From positions 1 to 64,000 of the IMG/VR virus record IMGVR_UViG_3300012920_000023: DNA of 64,000 bases; one strand, 5' to 3'. Positions 38,902 through 46,946 of this stretch are shown here, piece after piece. The position numbers and the translations under genes are program-made. The notes beneath the pieces were generated by a model. It made no database searches. It was not told where the DNA came from and saw only the letters and a program-made list of their open reading frames with translations. This DNA comes from a virus. Each line of letters opens with the position of its first letter. The first letter of the stretch is position 1.

Positions 38902-39528
38902 ATGTCTAGAAAACGGTTTTTCGATTATCTACAGAACTATGCTTTTCATGTAGCAGATGTAACGCCTAGTCTTAGGCCACCGTTTTTTACGATGGGGACT
39001 CCCTTTCCGTACTCATTTAACTCCTGCTCTATGCCGGAGATACAACTTGAGATCGAATCATTTCGACAGGTCTGCTCTATGTATCAGACTCATGTCGTTA
39101 ATGGGGCATCAGTCTCCCCGATAAGTATGTCTCGTGGAGTCCTCTCCACAGACAGTAGTCTTTACCGTTGGATGTCTCGTTCTATAACGGGAGAGGACAG
39201 AGTTCACCGGGATTTAGTCCTGTTGCACTCATCAAGTTTCTCACTCTTCCATAACTTAGGTCAAGAGTACAAAGATGGTGAAAAGCCGGCATCCGGCAGT
39301 AATAAGTTAGGCCATGCTCCTGCAACTTTGAGTGCCACGGGGGCAACTTATGGAATGGTCAGAATGATGGGCAAAGGTTATATATTACATAACTGTTTGC
39401 CAACACGTTATAAGGCAGGTGGTGACCTCGATGCATCTGATAGCGAGGTTTCCATTGCCGAACTTGAGGTACAACCGGAGTATGTTACCGAGTTCAGTAC
39501 CGACCCGTTACAACTTACAGACTTTTAA
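38902..39528 (+). CDS. Second tail tube-like protein
   Basis: Paralog of 38315: F.SC.MPEI, SRG, P.RYK.G.DLDA..SEVS..EL. Confidence 0.85.
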   Translation: MSRKRFFDYLQNYAFHVADVTPSLRPPFFTMGTPFPYSFNSCSMPEIQLEIESFRQVCSMYQTHVVNGASVSPISMSRGVLSTDSSLYRWMSRSITGEDRVHRDLVLLHSSSFSLFHNLGQEYKDGEKPASGSNKLGHAPATLSATGATYGMVRMMGKGYILHNCLPTRYKAGGDLDASDSEVSIAELEVQPEYVTEFSTDPLQLTDF

Positions 39529-39536
39529 AAGGTAAG

Positions 39537-39812
39537 ATGATGATTAAAAGCAGAAAAATGGTGGTATTTACGGTATCCTTAGTGATGTTTCTTGGGAACT
39601 ATCTACTTGGTTCTCCGCTTCCGGAGGATCAAGTACAGCAGTTTTTAGTGTTGATCGTAGGTTGGTTAGTTGCACAAGGTGTTGCTGATGCAGGCACGCA
39701 GGGGCAGGTGAATTCTGCCCTCCGGGCCTCTAAGCAAGGACAGCAGATTATAGAAACAGTTAAAAGCCTTAAGAACGAGCAAGAATCTATCGATGCGTCC
39801 AAAGACAAGTGA
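39537..39812 (+). CDS. Holin-like protein
   Basis: KSRK, two TM segments, GWLVAQGVAD. Confidence 0.6.
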   Translation: MMIKSRKMVVFTVSLVMFLGNYLLGSPLPEDQVQQFLVLIVGWLVAQGVADAGTQGQVNSALRASKQGQQIIETVKSLKNEQESIDASKDK

Positions 39813-39827
39813 CGCACACATGTGCAC
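39812..39827. promoter_or_regulatory. 16-bp parS-like palindrome, copy 5 (2 mismatches)
   Basis: ACGCAC-ACAT-GTGCAC, just upstream of the MTase. Confidence 0.55.
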
Positions 39828-39844
39828 ACCGACAGGAGTCAACC

Positions 39845-40741
39845 ATGAATCTAGTAGAGCAGTTGGAATTTTTATTAACTGACGTGGGAGGGATTACCTC
39901 CCTTTTAGAAGATCACGTTAGACCACCATATTCATCACCGGCAGGAAAGATGAGGATGGCAAAATCAATCGTGAGTATTATCCCGGATCACAAGATTTAT
40001 GTTGAACCTTTCGCCGGTTCTGCGTCTGTGCTTTTCGCCAAGCCACCGGCAGAAAAAGAAGTGCTTAACGATCTAGATACAGACATTGCCGACGCTCTAA
40101 AGACTCTTAGTAGAATGAGCAAGAGTGATCTTGATCGGCTTATGAATAAAGATTGGCATGGTGACGAGCATAAATACAAGCGTCTTTATTCAATGAGATC
40201 ATCAGATGCAATCGAGCGTCTTTACCGCTTCTTATACCTCGCTAAAATGGCCTTTGGCAGTGTTCGTGGCCCCGGTAATTTCTGCAAGCGAGAAGCAACG
40301 AGGGATCATAGCCCTTACTTTAAGAGAAGATTGCCCCCGGCGGTGGAGCGAATGAGGGGTGTTAAGGTTTATAATAAGGATTATGAGTCTGTCTGCCGTC
40401 AGTATGATAGCCCACAAACATTCTTTTTCCTTGATCCTCCTTATGCCGGATATAGTGCCCTCGATGCGAGTGCTAAAAGCGGTCAAAAGACAGGCGAGAA
40501 AGACTTTGATGAGACTAAGTTTTTCAACATGCTTAGAAGCCTTAAAGGTAAATGGTTTTTAAACTATGGTGAGCGTGGAGAGTTGCCCGGTATGTTAAAG
40601 CAGGCCGGATACACCACAAGGATTGTCCATAAGAATCGTGACTTCCGACACATCTTGAAGAAAGGTGGAGACAAGGATGGGCCGAAAACAGTAGGACACT
40701 TGATCGCCTCCAATTACGGTGCGAACCTGTCGGGGTTTTAA
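39845..40741 (+). CDS. Dam-like (D12 class) N6-adenine DNA methyltransferase 1
   Basis: PAGK, YVEPFAGS, LNDLD and FFLDPPY motifs. Confidence 0.92.
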   Translation: MNLVEQLEFLLTDVGGITSLLEDHVRPPYSSPAGKMRMAKSIVSIIPDHKIYVEPFAGSASVLFAKPPAEKEVLNDLDTDIADALKTLSRMSKSDLDRLMNKDWHGDEHKYKRLYSMRSSDAIERLYRFLYLAKMAFGSVRGPGNFCKREATRDHSPYFKRRLPPAVERMRGVKVYNKDYESVCRQYDSPQTFFFLDPPYAGYSALDASAKSGQKTGEKDFDETKFFNMLRSLKGKWFLNYGERGELPGMLKQAGYTTRIVHKNRDFRHILKKGGDKDGPKTVGHLIASNYGANLSGF

Positions 40742-40742
40742 G

Positions 40743-41576
40743 ATGTTATACGCTAAACTAGAATCTCTTTTGCAGAGCACTTTTCTCAACGAAGAGTTTG
40801 CCGTTATCAGACCGCCGTTTGCATCGCCTGCCGGTAAGATGCGAATGGCAGTGAGTTTAGCGTCGAAAATTCCGACTCATAGCACTTATGTAGAGCCATT
40901 CGCCGGTTCATCGGCGGTGTTTTTTGCGAAGCCAAAGGCAAGTGTTGAGGTGTTGAATGACCTCGATAGTGATGTCAGTAATGCTTTGAAGTCTCTCGCT
41001 ACTCTTTCTCCTGCCGAGTTAAAGCAACTTACCTCTATGGATTTTACCGGTTCGCAGGCGAAGTATCATCAAGTGTTTGATAGCAGTCCGACAAGTAAAG
41101 TGGGCAAACTGTATCGGTTCTTATACTTGACGAGGTTCTCTATGAACTCCGGGCGTGGACGCAGTCAGTTTAATCATTTTCAAGCGATCACCACTCCTTA
41201 TTTAGCGAGGCGTGTACCTCCTGCGGTTGAACGCTTAAAGGGCGTAAAGGTACACAATGAAGATTATGAAAGTGTGTGCCGAAAGTATGACTCACCTCAG
41301 ACTTTTTTCTTTCTTGACCCTCCTTATTCCGGCTTTAGTGCCCTCAAGGGCAAGGCTTCTGAAAAAGGGTTTGATGAGGAACGCTTTTTTGACCTTTTAA
41401 GGTCGCTAAAGGGCAAATGGCTACTCAACTATGGAACCAAGGGCAAACTGCCCGGTATGCTTAAACAGGCCGGCTTCAAGGTGAGACATGACACGAGATC
41501 AAGTACGGCCAATATAATGAAGCATGGTAAGGCCAATGGTAATAAACTCACTCACATTATTGCTTCAAATTATTAA
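40743..41576 (+). CDS. Dam-like N6-adenine DNA methyltransferase 2 (tandem paralog)
   Basis: Same motifs; long stretches near-identical to MTase 1. Confidence 0.92.
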   Translation: MLYAKLESLLQSTFLNEEFAVIRPPFASPAGKMRMAVSLASKIPTHSTYVEPFAGSSAVFFAKPKASVEVLNDLDSDVSNALKSLATLSPAELKQLTSMDFTGSQAKYHQVFDSSPTSKVGKLYRFLYLTRFSMNSGRGRSQFNHFQAITTPYLARRVPPAVERLKGVKVHNEDYESVCRKYDSPQTFFFLDPPYSGFSALKGKASEKGFDEERFFDLLRSLKGKWLLNYGTKGKLPGMLKQAGFKVRHDTRSSTANIMKHGKANGNKLTHIIASNY

Positions 41577-41587
41577 GGAGTTTAGAT

Positions 41588-41881
41588 ATGCCCGGTAAGA
41601 AATCAATGCACCCCTCTTATATGAGACGATGTGTAGCAAGTGTCGCTAAGTCAAACGATTTGAAGTCGGCTTTTGCTATATGCACATCTGCGATGCAAAA
41701 GGCCGGGTACTTAGAACCCGGAACAAGAACACAGACTAAGGACGGCATTAAGCGTGCTCGTCATTATTCGGCTCGTAAAGATTTTAAAGATAAAGAGTTG
41801 GAATATGAGAAAGCCTTGAGTCAAACTGAAGAAGAACTATTTAGTCAGTATTTTTATGAGCACATCATAAAGGAGAATTAA
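41588..41881 (+). CDS. Hypothetical protein
   Basis: RCV..V...AFAICT pattern; AAGGAG RBS. Confidence 0.7.
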   Translation: MPGKKSMHPSYMRRCVASVAKSNDLKSAFAICTSAMQKAGYLEPGTRTQTKDGIKRARHYSARKDFKDKELEYEKALSQTEEELFSQYFYEHIIKEN

Positions 41882-41882
41882 G

Positions 41883-42329
41883 ATGAGCCTGTCACAGAAA
41901 ATTGAAAACTTAATCCAAGAGCGTGTTGCGGTACTTCCTATACCTATGGTGGGGATGAATCCTAACTCAGTCTCCATGCCGGTTATTGATCCGAAATCAT
42001 TTAGTGGACAGGCCGGTCTGTCTCCATCTGTTAATAAGGGCTGTTGTGATGATTGCGACCGGGCAGAAACTGTTGAAAATAAGCAACCGACTCTGCGTTA
42101 TCAGTTCGTCGGAAAAATGCCTACAGGTGCAGACAAGGACTTAGCACACGGATATCACCACACCGCCTTTATGAGTAAGTTGCAGAAGATGGTTGCCCCA
42201 CTGCCCATTGTCAATAAACCTAGCGGTATTGAAGTGGTTGCCTCGCCGGCTCTCAAGCGTGGCTTGATGGCTTTAGCCAAGCGGTCGGGCATGAAGTGTA
42301 ATGTTATGAAAGAGGGGCATTGTAACTAA
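41883..42329 (+). CDS. Hypothetical protein
   Basis: Leader MSLSQKIENLIQE. Confidence 0.7.
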   Translation: MSLSQKIENLIQERVAVLPIPMVGMNPNSVSMPVIDPKSFSGQAGLSPSVNKGCCDDCDRAETVENKQPTLRYQFVGKMPTGADKDLAHGYHHTAFMSKLQKMVAPLPIVNKPSGIEVVASPALKRGLMALAKRSGMKCNVMKEGHCN

Positions 42330-42820
42330 TGAACCTGTCGGAGATCACCACATCGGCTAACATAGCGAAAGTTCCTATGCCGTTCATTATGATTAACAAG
42401 ATGCCGTGGCCCTATGCAGGCAAGGTTCTTCTCCCGACGTACAGAGGTGTGTCTTACGTTCGCTTAAACAAGGCTAACCGGGTACAGGTTTCTGAAAGCA
42501 CGTCTAAGGCTCTCAAGACTAGCCTAGAGAAGAAACACGGAGTGAAACTATCTTACTCCGTATCCGGTGATCTTATGGATCTGTATTCCATAGTTGTTCC
42601 TAAAGACAAGCGTGGGCAGGGCTTAGGTTCTAGGGTTATGAAAGAGATTATCTCTTGGGCCGATCAGAATGACGTTATCATTTCGCTTACTCCGAGTGGC
42701 GATCTTGGCTCGTCAGTCTCACGGCTCAAGAAGTTTTATTCCGGGCTAGGCTTCAAGTTGAACAAAGGCAGGAATAAAGATTTTCGCACACAGAACACGA
42801 TGATTAGATATCCCACTTAA
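42329..42820 (+). CDS. GNAT acetyltransferase-like protein
   Basis: IVVPKDKRGQGLGS acetyl-CoA motif; LKKFY..LGF. Confidence 0.85.
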   Translation: MNLSEITTSANIAKVPMPFIMINKMPWPYAGKVLLPTYRGVSYVRLNKANRVQVSESTSKALKTSLEKKHGVKLSYSVSGDLMDLYSIVVPKDKRGQGLGSRVMKEIISWADQNDVIISLTPSGDLGSSVSRLKKFYSGLGFKLNKGRNKDFRTQNTMIRYPT

Positions 42821-42838
42821 ACTAAAAAGGAATGGATT

Positions 42839-43231
42839 ATGTTTTTACATGAACATTTAGAAGATCTCTTAAATGAAAGAGACTACAAATTAAAGGGCAC
42901 AGAGCGTACGCTAATGAAAGCCTTAACAAACGCCGGACTAAAGGTTAGCGTAACCACTAGACAGAGAGGCAGGGACTCTGAGGAATCGCTCGTTGCAGAC
43001 AAGCCTATTGAGAATCCCTCGATTCTGTATAATGCACTCAAGAAATCCGGGGTCAAAAATCCCATTGTCATGTACAGTACCGTTGGATTCACAGGTAAGC
43101 AGGCCAACCAAGATTATCAGTTCCGTTTCGCAGGGAACACGTTTGAGGTCTACCGTGGGAAAACAATCTACTTTATTGGCCGTGGTGACAAATTGTCCGG
43201 CAAATTAAGCCTTTACGATCCTAACGCATAA
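42839..43231 (+). CDS. Basic hypothetical protein
   Basis: Leader MFLHEHLEDLLNE. Confidence 0.7.
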   Translation: MFLHEHLEDLLNERDYKLKGTERTLMKALTNAGLKVSVTTRQRGRDSEESLVADKPIENPSILYNALKKSGVKNPIVMYSTVGFTGKQANQDYQFRFAGNTFEVYRGKTIYFIGRGDKLSGKLSLYDPNA

Positions 43232-43240
43232 AAGGCTCTC

Positions 43241-43260
43241 AACGAGCCTTCGCTCGTTTT
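43241..43260. terminator. Terminator between convergent genes
   Basis: AACGAGC-CTTC-GCTCGTT followed by Ts. Confidence 0.65.
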
Positions 43261-43261
43261 G

Positions 43262-44200
43262 TTACCAAATCTGATCCCACCAACAGGCACAATCCCATTT
43301 CTTAGGGCTAATATGATGGTGGCCTATCACGCCGGTGAACTCATTCAAGAGAAAGTTCTTATCAACAACACCATGATAGATATCGCCGGTGTCGGACTCA
43401 CCCTTTGGCCCTCTAGGGCAAACTTTCGGGATGTTCAAAGCCACGCAGAGTGTGTTTATGGCGTGCCGGGTTGCTTTTGCGACGCCCGGGTCAATGCTTA
43501 AGATCTCTCTTGGCCCTCTGTCTGTGGGGTTATCTATCCGACTGACGTCGTATGGTGCTTTAGAGTATCGGCTCTCCCACTTCAAACCGGGTTGTTGGCA
43601 AATATCAATACCCACAGAACTGCCGTTAGCCCATCCTGCATGCCATGACTTGTGATTGAGATCAAGGTATTGATAAATGGTAGGCTCTCCGGTATCAGAT
43701 AGACCGATACCTGCATGGCTTGAAACCTTACGGTTTGGGTCACTGAACACACGATAACAGTGATGAGGATTAAGACCACCCCAATGTACGACGATTAATC
43801 GTATCGGCTTGCCCTTTCGACTTGAAAAGTGTCCGAATCGATGTAGGTCTAGCCCACCGGGTTGGTCAAAATTAACGAACTCAACCTCCGGGTTTGAGAA
43901 GCATGAATGTCTGCGGTCATCTATAGTCCAAAACGAGTCTGAGTCTTCGACCGGTTCATACTGCTTTAAGATTGCAGTCCAAGTACCCCGTCCGAGTTTA
44001 CCATCTGCGGTTAAGCCTAGGTCTTTTTGCACCTTTTTAACCCCTTTAACAAAGTCTTTTGACTCATGAAAGTTGGCTAATCCGGGATAGTCGAGGGTCA
44101 AGTTAGGGACATTAATCAAGTCTCGCCCCCAAATAGATCTAGAGGCTTTCTCGTTGAACCTTTGGGCAGACTTTATACTATGTTGTGTTAAGGTTGACAT
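43262..44200 (-). CDS. Endolysin: PG-binding domain plus N-acetylmuramoyl-L-alanine amidase
   Basis: Q..LGLTADGKLG..TW; IVVHW, VSSH, SWHAG, GHHHI..K.D. Confidence 0.85.
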   Translation of the reverse strand: MSTLTQHSIKSAQRFNEKASRSIWGRDLINVPNLTLDYPGLANFHESKDFVKGVKKVQKDLGLTADGKLGRGTWTAILKQYEPVEDSDSFWTIDDRRHSCFSNPEVEFVNFDQPGGLDLHRFGHFSSRKGKPIRLIVVHWGGLNPHHCYRVFSDPNRKVSSHAGIGLSDTGEPTIYQYLDLNHKSWHAGWANGSSVGIDICQQPGLKWESRYSKAPYDVSRIDNPTDRGPREILSIDPGVAKATRHAINTLCVALNIPKVCPRGPKGESDTGDIYHGVVDKNFLLNEFTGVIGHHHISPKKWDCACWWDQIW

Positions 44201-44239
44201 GTTAATGGTGCCTTAGAGTGAGTGGGTAGTGTTATTAGA

Positions 44240-45376
44240 TTAATTTTCATCGCTTTGATCTGCAAATGAAAAATGATCGATACGTTCACATGCCGTGTCA
44301 TAGTATTCAGTTGAGATTTCAATACCTTTGAAGTTGAAACCCTCTTTTCCGCAGGCAATCCCGGTGGTTCCCGATCCCATAAAAGGGTCTAGGACTGTGC
44401 CGTTTGCCGGGGTAACTAATCGCACAAGATATTCCATTAATGCTATAGGTTTAACTGTTTTGTGTGTGTTTGGGTCTGATAGCCCGGCCTGCTTTTCTTT
44501 CTTGCTTGCTTTTGGACAGTAGAAAAAGCGTGTTGCTCCACTGCTCTGCCGTTCAAGCGTCTCAAGTGTCTCTGAGTTAGAGAAGATAATGTTTGAGGGA
44601 AACCTGCCTAGCGGATGACTCTCCACAGTTCTTAGTTTAGTTTTAAACGTACCTATTGAGTCATTTGGTTGATGAGTTGATTTCCATGACTCATCGCTCT
44701 CAATCCGGCAGGCATCAATGTTAAGGCCACCGGTTTTATGCTTAAGCACGTTTTTTACCACCGTACCCTCTAAGGGTTTACGCATAACCAAAATAGGCTC
44801 ATAGGCCGGCTTAAGGGTTGTGCCCCATCCCTCAAACTCAGTATGCCCTTTAGTTATGTATGCGGTCTTACCGACTGTGCCGGACTCATACAACGTGTTG
44901 CTCTTATCACATTTTTCCCGGCTATTAGGATTTCGTCCGATAATTTCACGCTCATTTCCGAGTTTTTTGTCTACCATTTTTCCAATATCTTGGCTCTTAG
45001 GGAAGCCACTCCCATAGACCCAATGTAGGCAGTCTCTGCTTTCAAAGTTTGCGATCCTCATAGATAAGCCCATAAGGTCTTGTGTTCTTGAGCCGGCGAA
45101 CACTAGAGCATGACCTCCGGGCTTTAATACTCGATAAACTTCTTTCCATAACGCAGGAGGGGGGACAAATCCGTCCCAAGATTCACCCATGAACCCTTTT
45201 TTATTCGGGGGCACATAGGAATCATCACCATTTGACCATTCAGTCAGTACCTTAATAAACTCTTTAGTTTTTAGTTGCGACAGGCCATAAGGGGGATCGG
45301 TGACAACAGCGTCTATGGTGTTGCTCTGTATCTCTTTAAGAGCCTGCAAGGCTTCTCCGTTGATTAGTTCATTCAT
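44240..45376 (-). CDS. N4/N6 (beta-class) DNA methyltransferase
   Basis: VTDPPY, RVLKPGG, H.TVKP and VLDPFMGSGTTG motifs. Confidence 0.93.
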   Translation of the reverse strand: MNELINGEALQALKEIQSNTIDAVVTDPPYGLSQLKTKEFIKVLTEWSNGDDSYVPPNKKGFMGESWDGFVPPPALWKEVYRVLKPGGHALVFAGSRTQDLMGLSMRIANFESRDCLHWVYGSGFPKSQDIGKMVDKKLGNEREIIGRNPNSREKCDKSNTLYESGTVGKTAYITKGHTEFEGWGTTLKPAYEPILVMRKPLEGTVVKNVLKHKTGGLNIDACRIESDESWKSTHQPNDSIGTFKTKLRTVESHPLGRFPSNIIFSNSETLETLERQSSGATRFFYCPKASKKEKQAGLSDPNTHKTVKPIALMEYLVRLVTPANGTVLDPFMGSGTTGIACGKEGFNFKGIEISTEYYDTACERIDHFSFADQSDEN

Positions 45377-45382
45377 TTAAAA

Positions 45383-45769
45383 TCAATTCTCCCTTAACAA
45401 TCTCTCATCCCTATAAGCGGATATTTCGGCCTGTAGTTTTTCTTTCTGCTCAGTAGTGAGCATGCCTGCCCATTTTCTTGCCGTGTAAAGGACTGCCGGC
45501 ATATCCTCAGTCTTAGCCCGTTCTTCTAACAATGAGATCATGTTTATCTTTTGTGGTTCGGATAACTCCTGTGCATAGTGATAACCGACAGGACGCTCCG
45601 TATAGTAGCGTCGTCCGCATGCTCTTGTCTTGCGGAGTTCAACCTTGATGATTGACCCCTTAAGGCCATTATCATCGTCTTCTTCTACCCTTAGAAGAGC
45701 GTGAATGATTTCGCTTCCCTCTGAGTGGTCAACTTCATTCTCTCCGTAAATTGCTTTCCATCTTGCCAT
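45383..45769 (-). CDS. Hypothetical protein
   Basis: AAGGA RBS; TTGACT upstream. Confidence 0.7.
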   Translation of the reverse strand: MARWKAIYGENEVDHSEGSEIIHALLRVEEDDDNGLKGSIIKVELRKTRACGRRYYTERPVGYHYAQELSEPQKINMISLLEERAKTEDMPAVLYTARKWAGMLTTEQKEKLQAEISAYRDERLLREN

Positions 45770-45841
45770 CTTGTTATCCTTTTGATTTTTATCTGAAATT
45801 ACTTTGTCACTCTATTTTTAGAGAGTCAAGTCTAAAATAGA

Positions 45842-46303
45842 TTAACAGTTTTGATCTTTATAGACTTGAATATCGTCTAAACGGTTCTCAAGGTTTTCAC
45901 CCTTGAGCCATTTGTTAAACTGCTCTTCATTACCTCTAAACTTGTGAATCTCTAGCCTGTCACTCTCAAGGGGATAGCCCTCAACTTGCCATTCAATTTG
46001 TGCACTCGTGTGCAGGCGTTTCATAAGATCATTGCGGTACTTAATCTGACCGGCGGTCAACATGGACTTCATGTGGTTGAACGTATATTCGGTCACAGTC
46101 GTTTCGATTCCTCCGTGAGCGTTCTTATAGACTTGCGTCTCTTTAATATCTCCCGTCTTTGAGCAGACGGTGTATCTTGACGAGATATAAACCTCATCCG
46201 GTTCGCAGTTGCAGGCATAGCCCTCGCTTGCATGTGTTCGCTCTCCACATTCATAGCAGAATCTGTAGTAAGAGTTCCAATCGTCGGGTACGTTGTATGG
46301 CAT
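45842..46303 (-). CDS. Hypothetical early protein (start MPYNV), Cys-rich N-terminus
   Basis: The track ORF overlaps the promoter at 46338-46366; AAAGGA RBS. Confidence 0.7.
   Translation of the reverse strand: MPYNVPDDWNSYYRFCYECGERTHASEGYACNCEPDEVYISSRYTVCSKTGDIKETQVYKNAHGGIETTVTEYTFNHMKSMLTAGQIKYRNDLMKRLHTSAQIEWQVEGYPLESDRLEIHKFRGNEEQFNKWLKGENLENRLDDIQVYKDQNC
46000..46015. promoter_or_regulatory. 16-bp parS-like palindrome, copy 6 (1 mismatch, intragenic)
   Basis: GTGCAC-TCGT-GTGCAG. Confidence 0.6.
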
Positions 46304-46308
46304 CTTTA

Positions 46309-46551
46309 GTTCCTTTCTGAACCATATTGGTGAATACAACATAACTCTCCCGTTGATGATAGTCAAGATAAAAATAAAAAAACTTTTAATCACGGGCCTT
46401 TAATGGTGCTCTATATTTTGGAGCACCAATAGGGCTTATATAAGTGTTCTCAAGCCGGTTCGATTATTTGATTCTTATCTTATTTTTTACTTGACTAACA
46501 TGGGGGAAAGAGTTATATTTGATCATCAATCAATATGGTTCAGAAAGGAAC
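46309..46551. promoter_or_regulatory. Divergent pair of early promoters with identical 21-nt leaders
   Basis: TTGACT-N17-TATGTT (-) and TTGACT-N17-TATATT (+); CAATATGGTTCAGAAAGGAAC at 46309-46329 (-) and 46531-46551 (+). Confidence 0.8.
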
Positions 46552-46556
46552 CCATC

Positions 46557-46943
46557 ATGACAAAAGAAGCCAACTCTAAAAAGGTAAAAACTGAGGTTGA
46601 ACTCTCTTACTCAGTAACCGCTTTCATCAACCTTGACGAACGAATGAAAGAGGCCGATACAACCTACACCCCTCTTGACGTGGTGGGGCTACACGCTAAA
46701 TATGACTCGCTTTTTCTTGAGATGAGTGACGGTGAACAACTTGAGTTAAATATCGGGGATGAGATTTGTAATATGCAAACATGTACCAAATACCCGTCAA
46801 CTATTGGAGTCTTTGAAGTCAAGGTTGATCCGGCCAATAATATCTATTCAACGGACACTTTGGCCGAGGAAAATAAGTACGGTTACGGCGTAGAGTTTGA
46901 CGCTAGAAATCAAAGCGAGGGTCAATCAGAAACCGATGACTAG
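46557..46943 (+). CDS. Hypothetical early protein (start MTKEAN)
   Basis: AAAGGA RBS after the promoter. Confidence 0.7.
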   Translation: MTKEANSKKVKTEVELSYSVTAFINLDERMKEADTTYTPLDVVGLHAKYDSLFLEMSDGEQLELNIGDEICNMQTCTKYPSTIGVFEVKVDPANNIYSTDTLAEENKYGYGVEFDARNQSEGQSETDD

Positions 46944-46946
46944 CCC

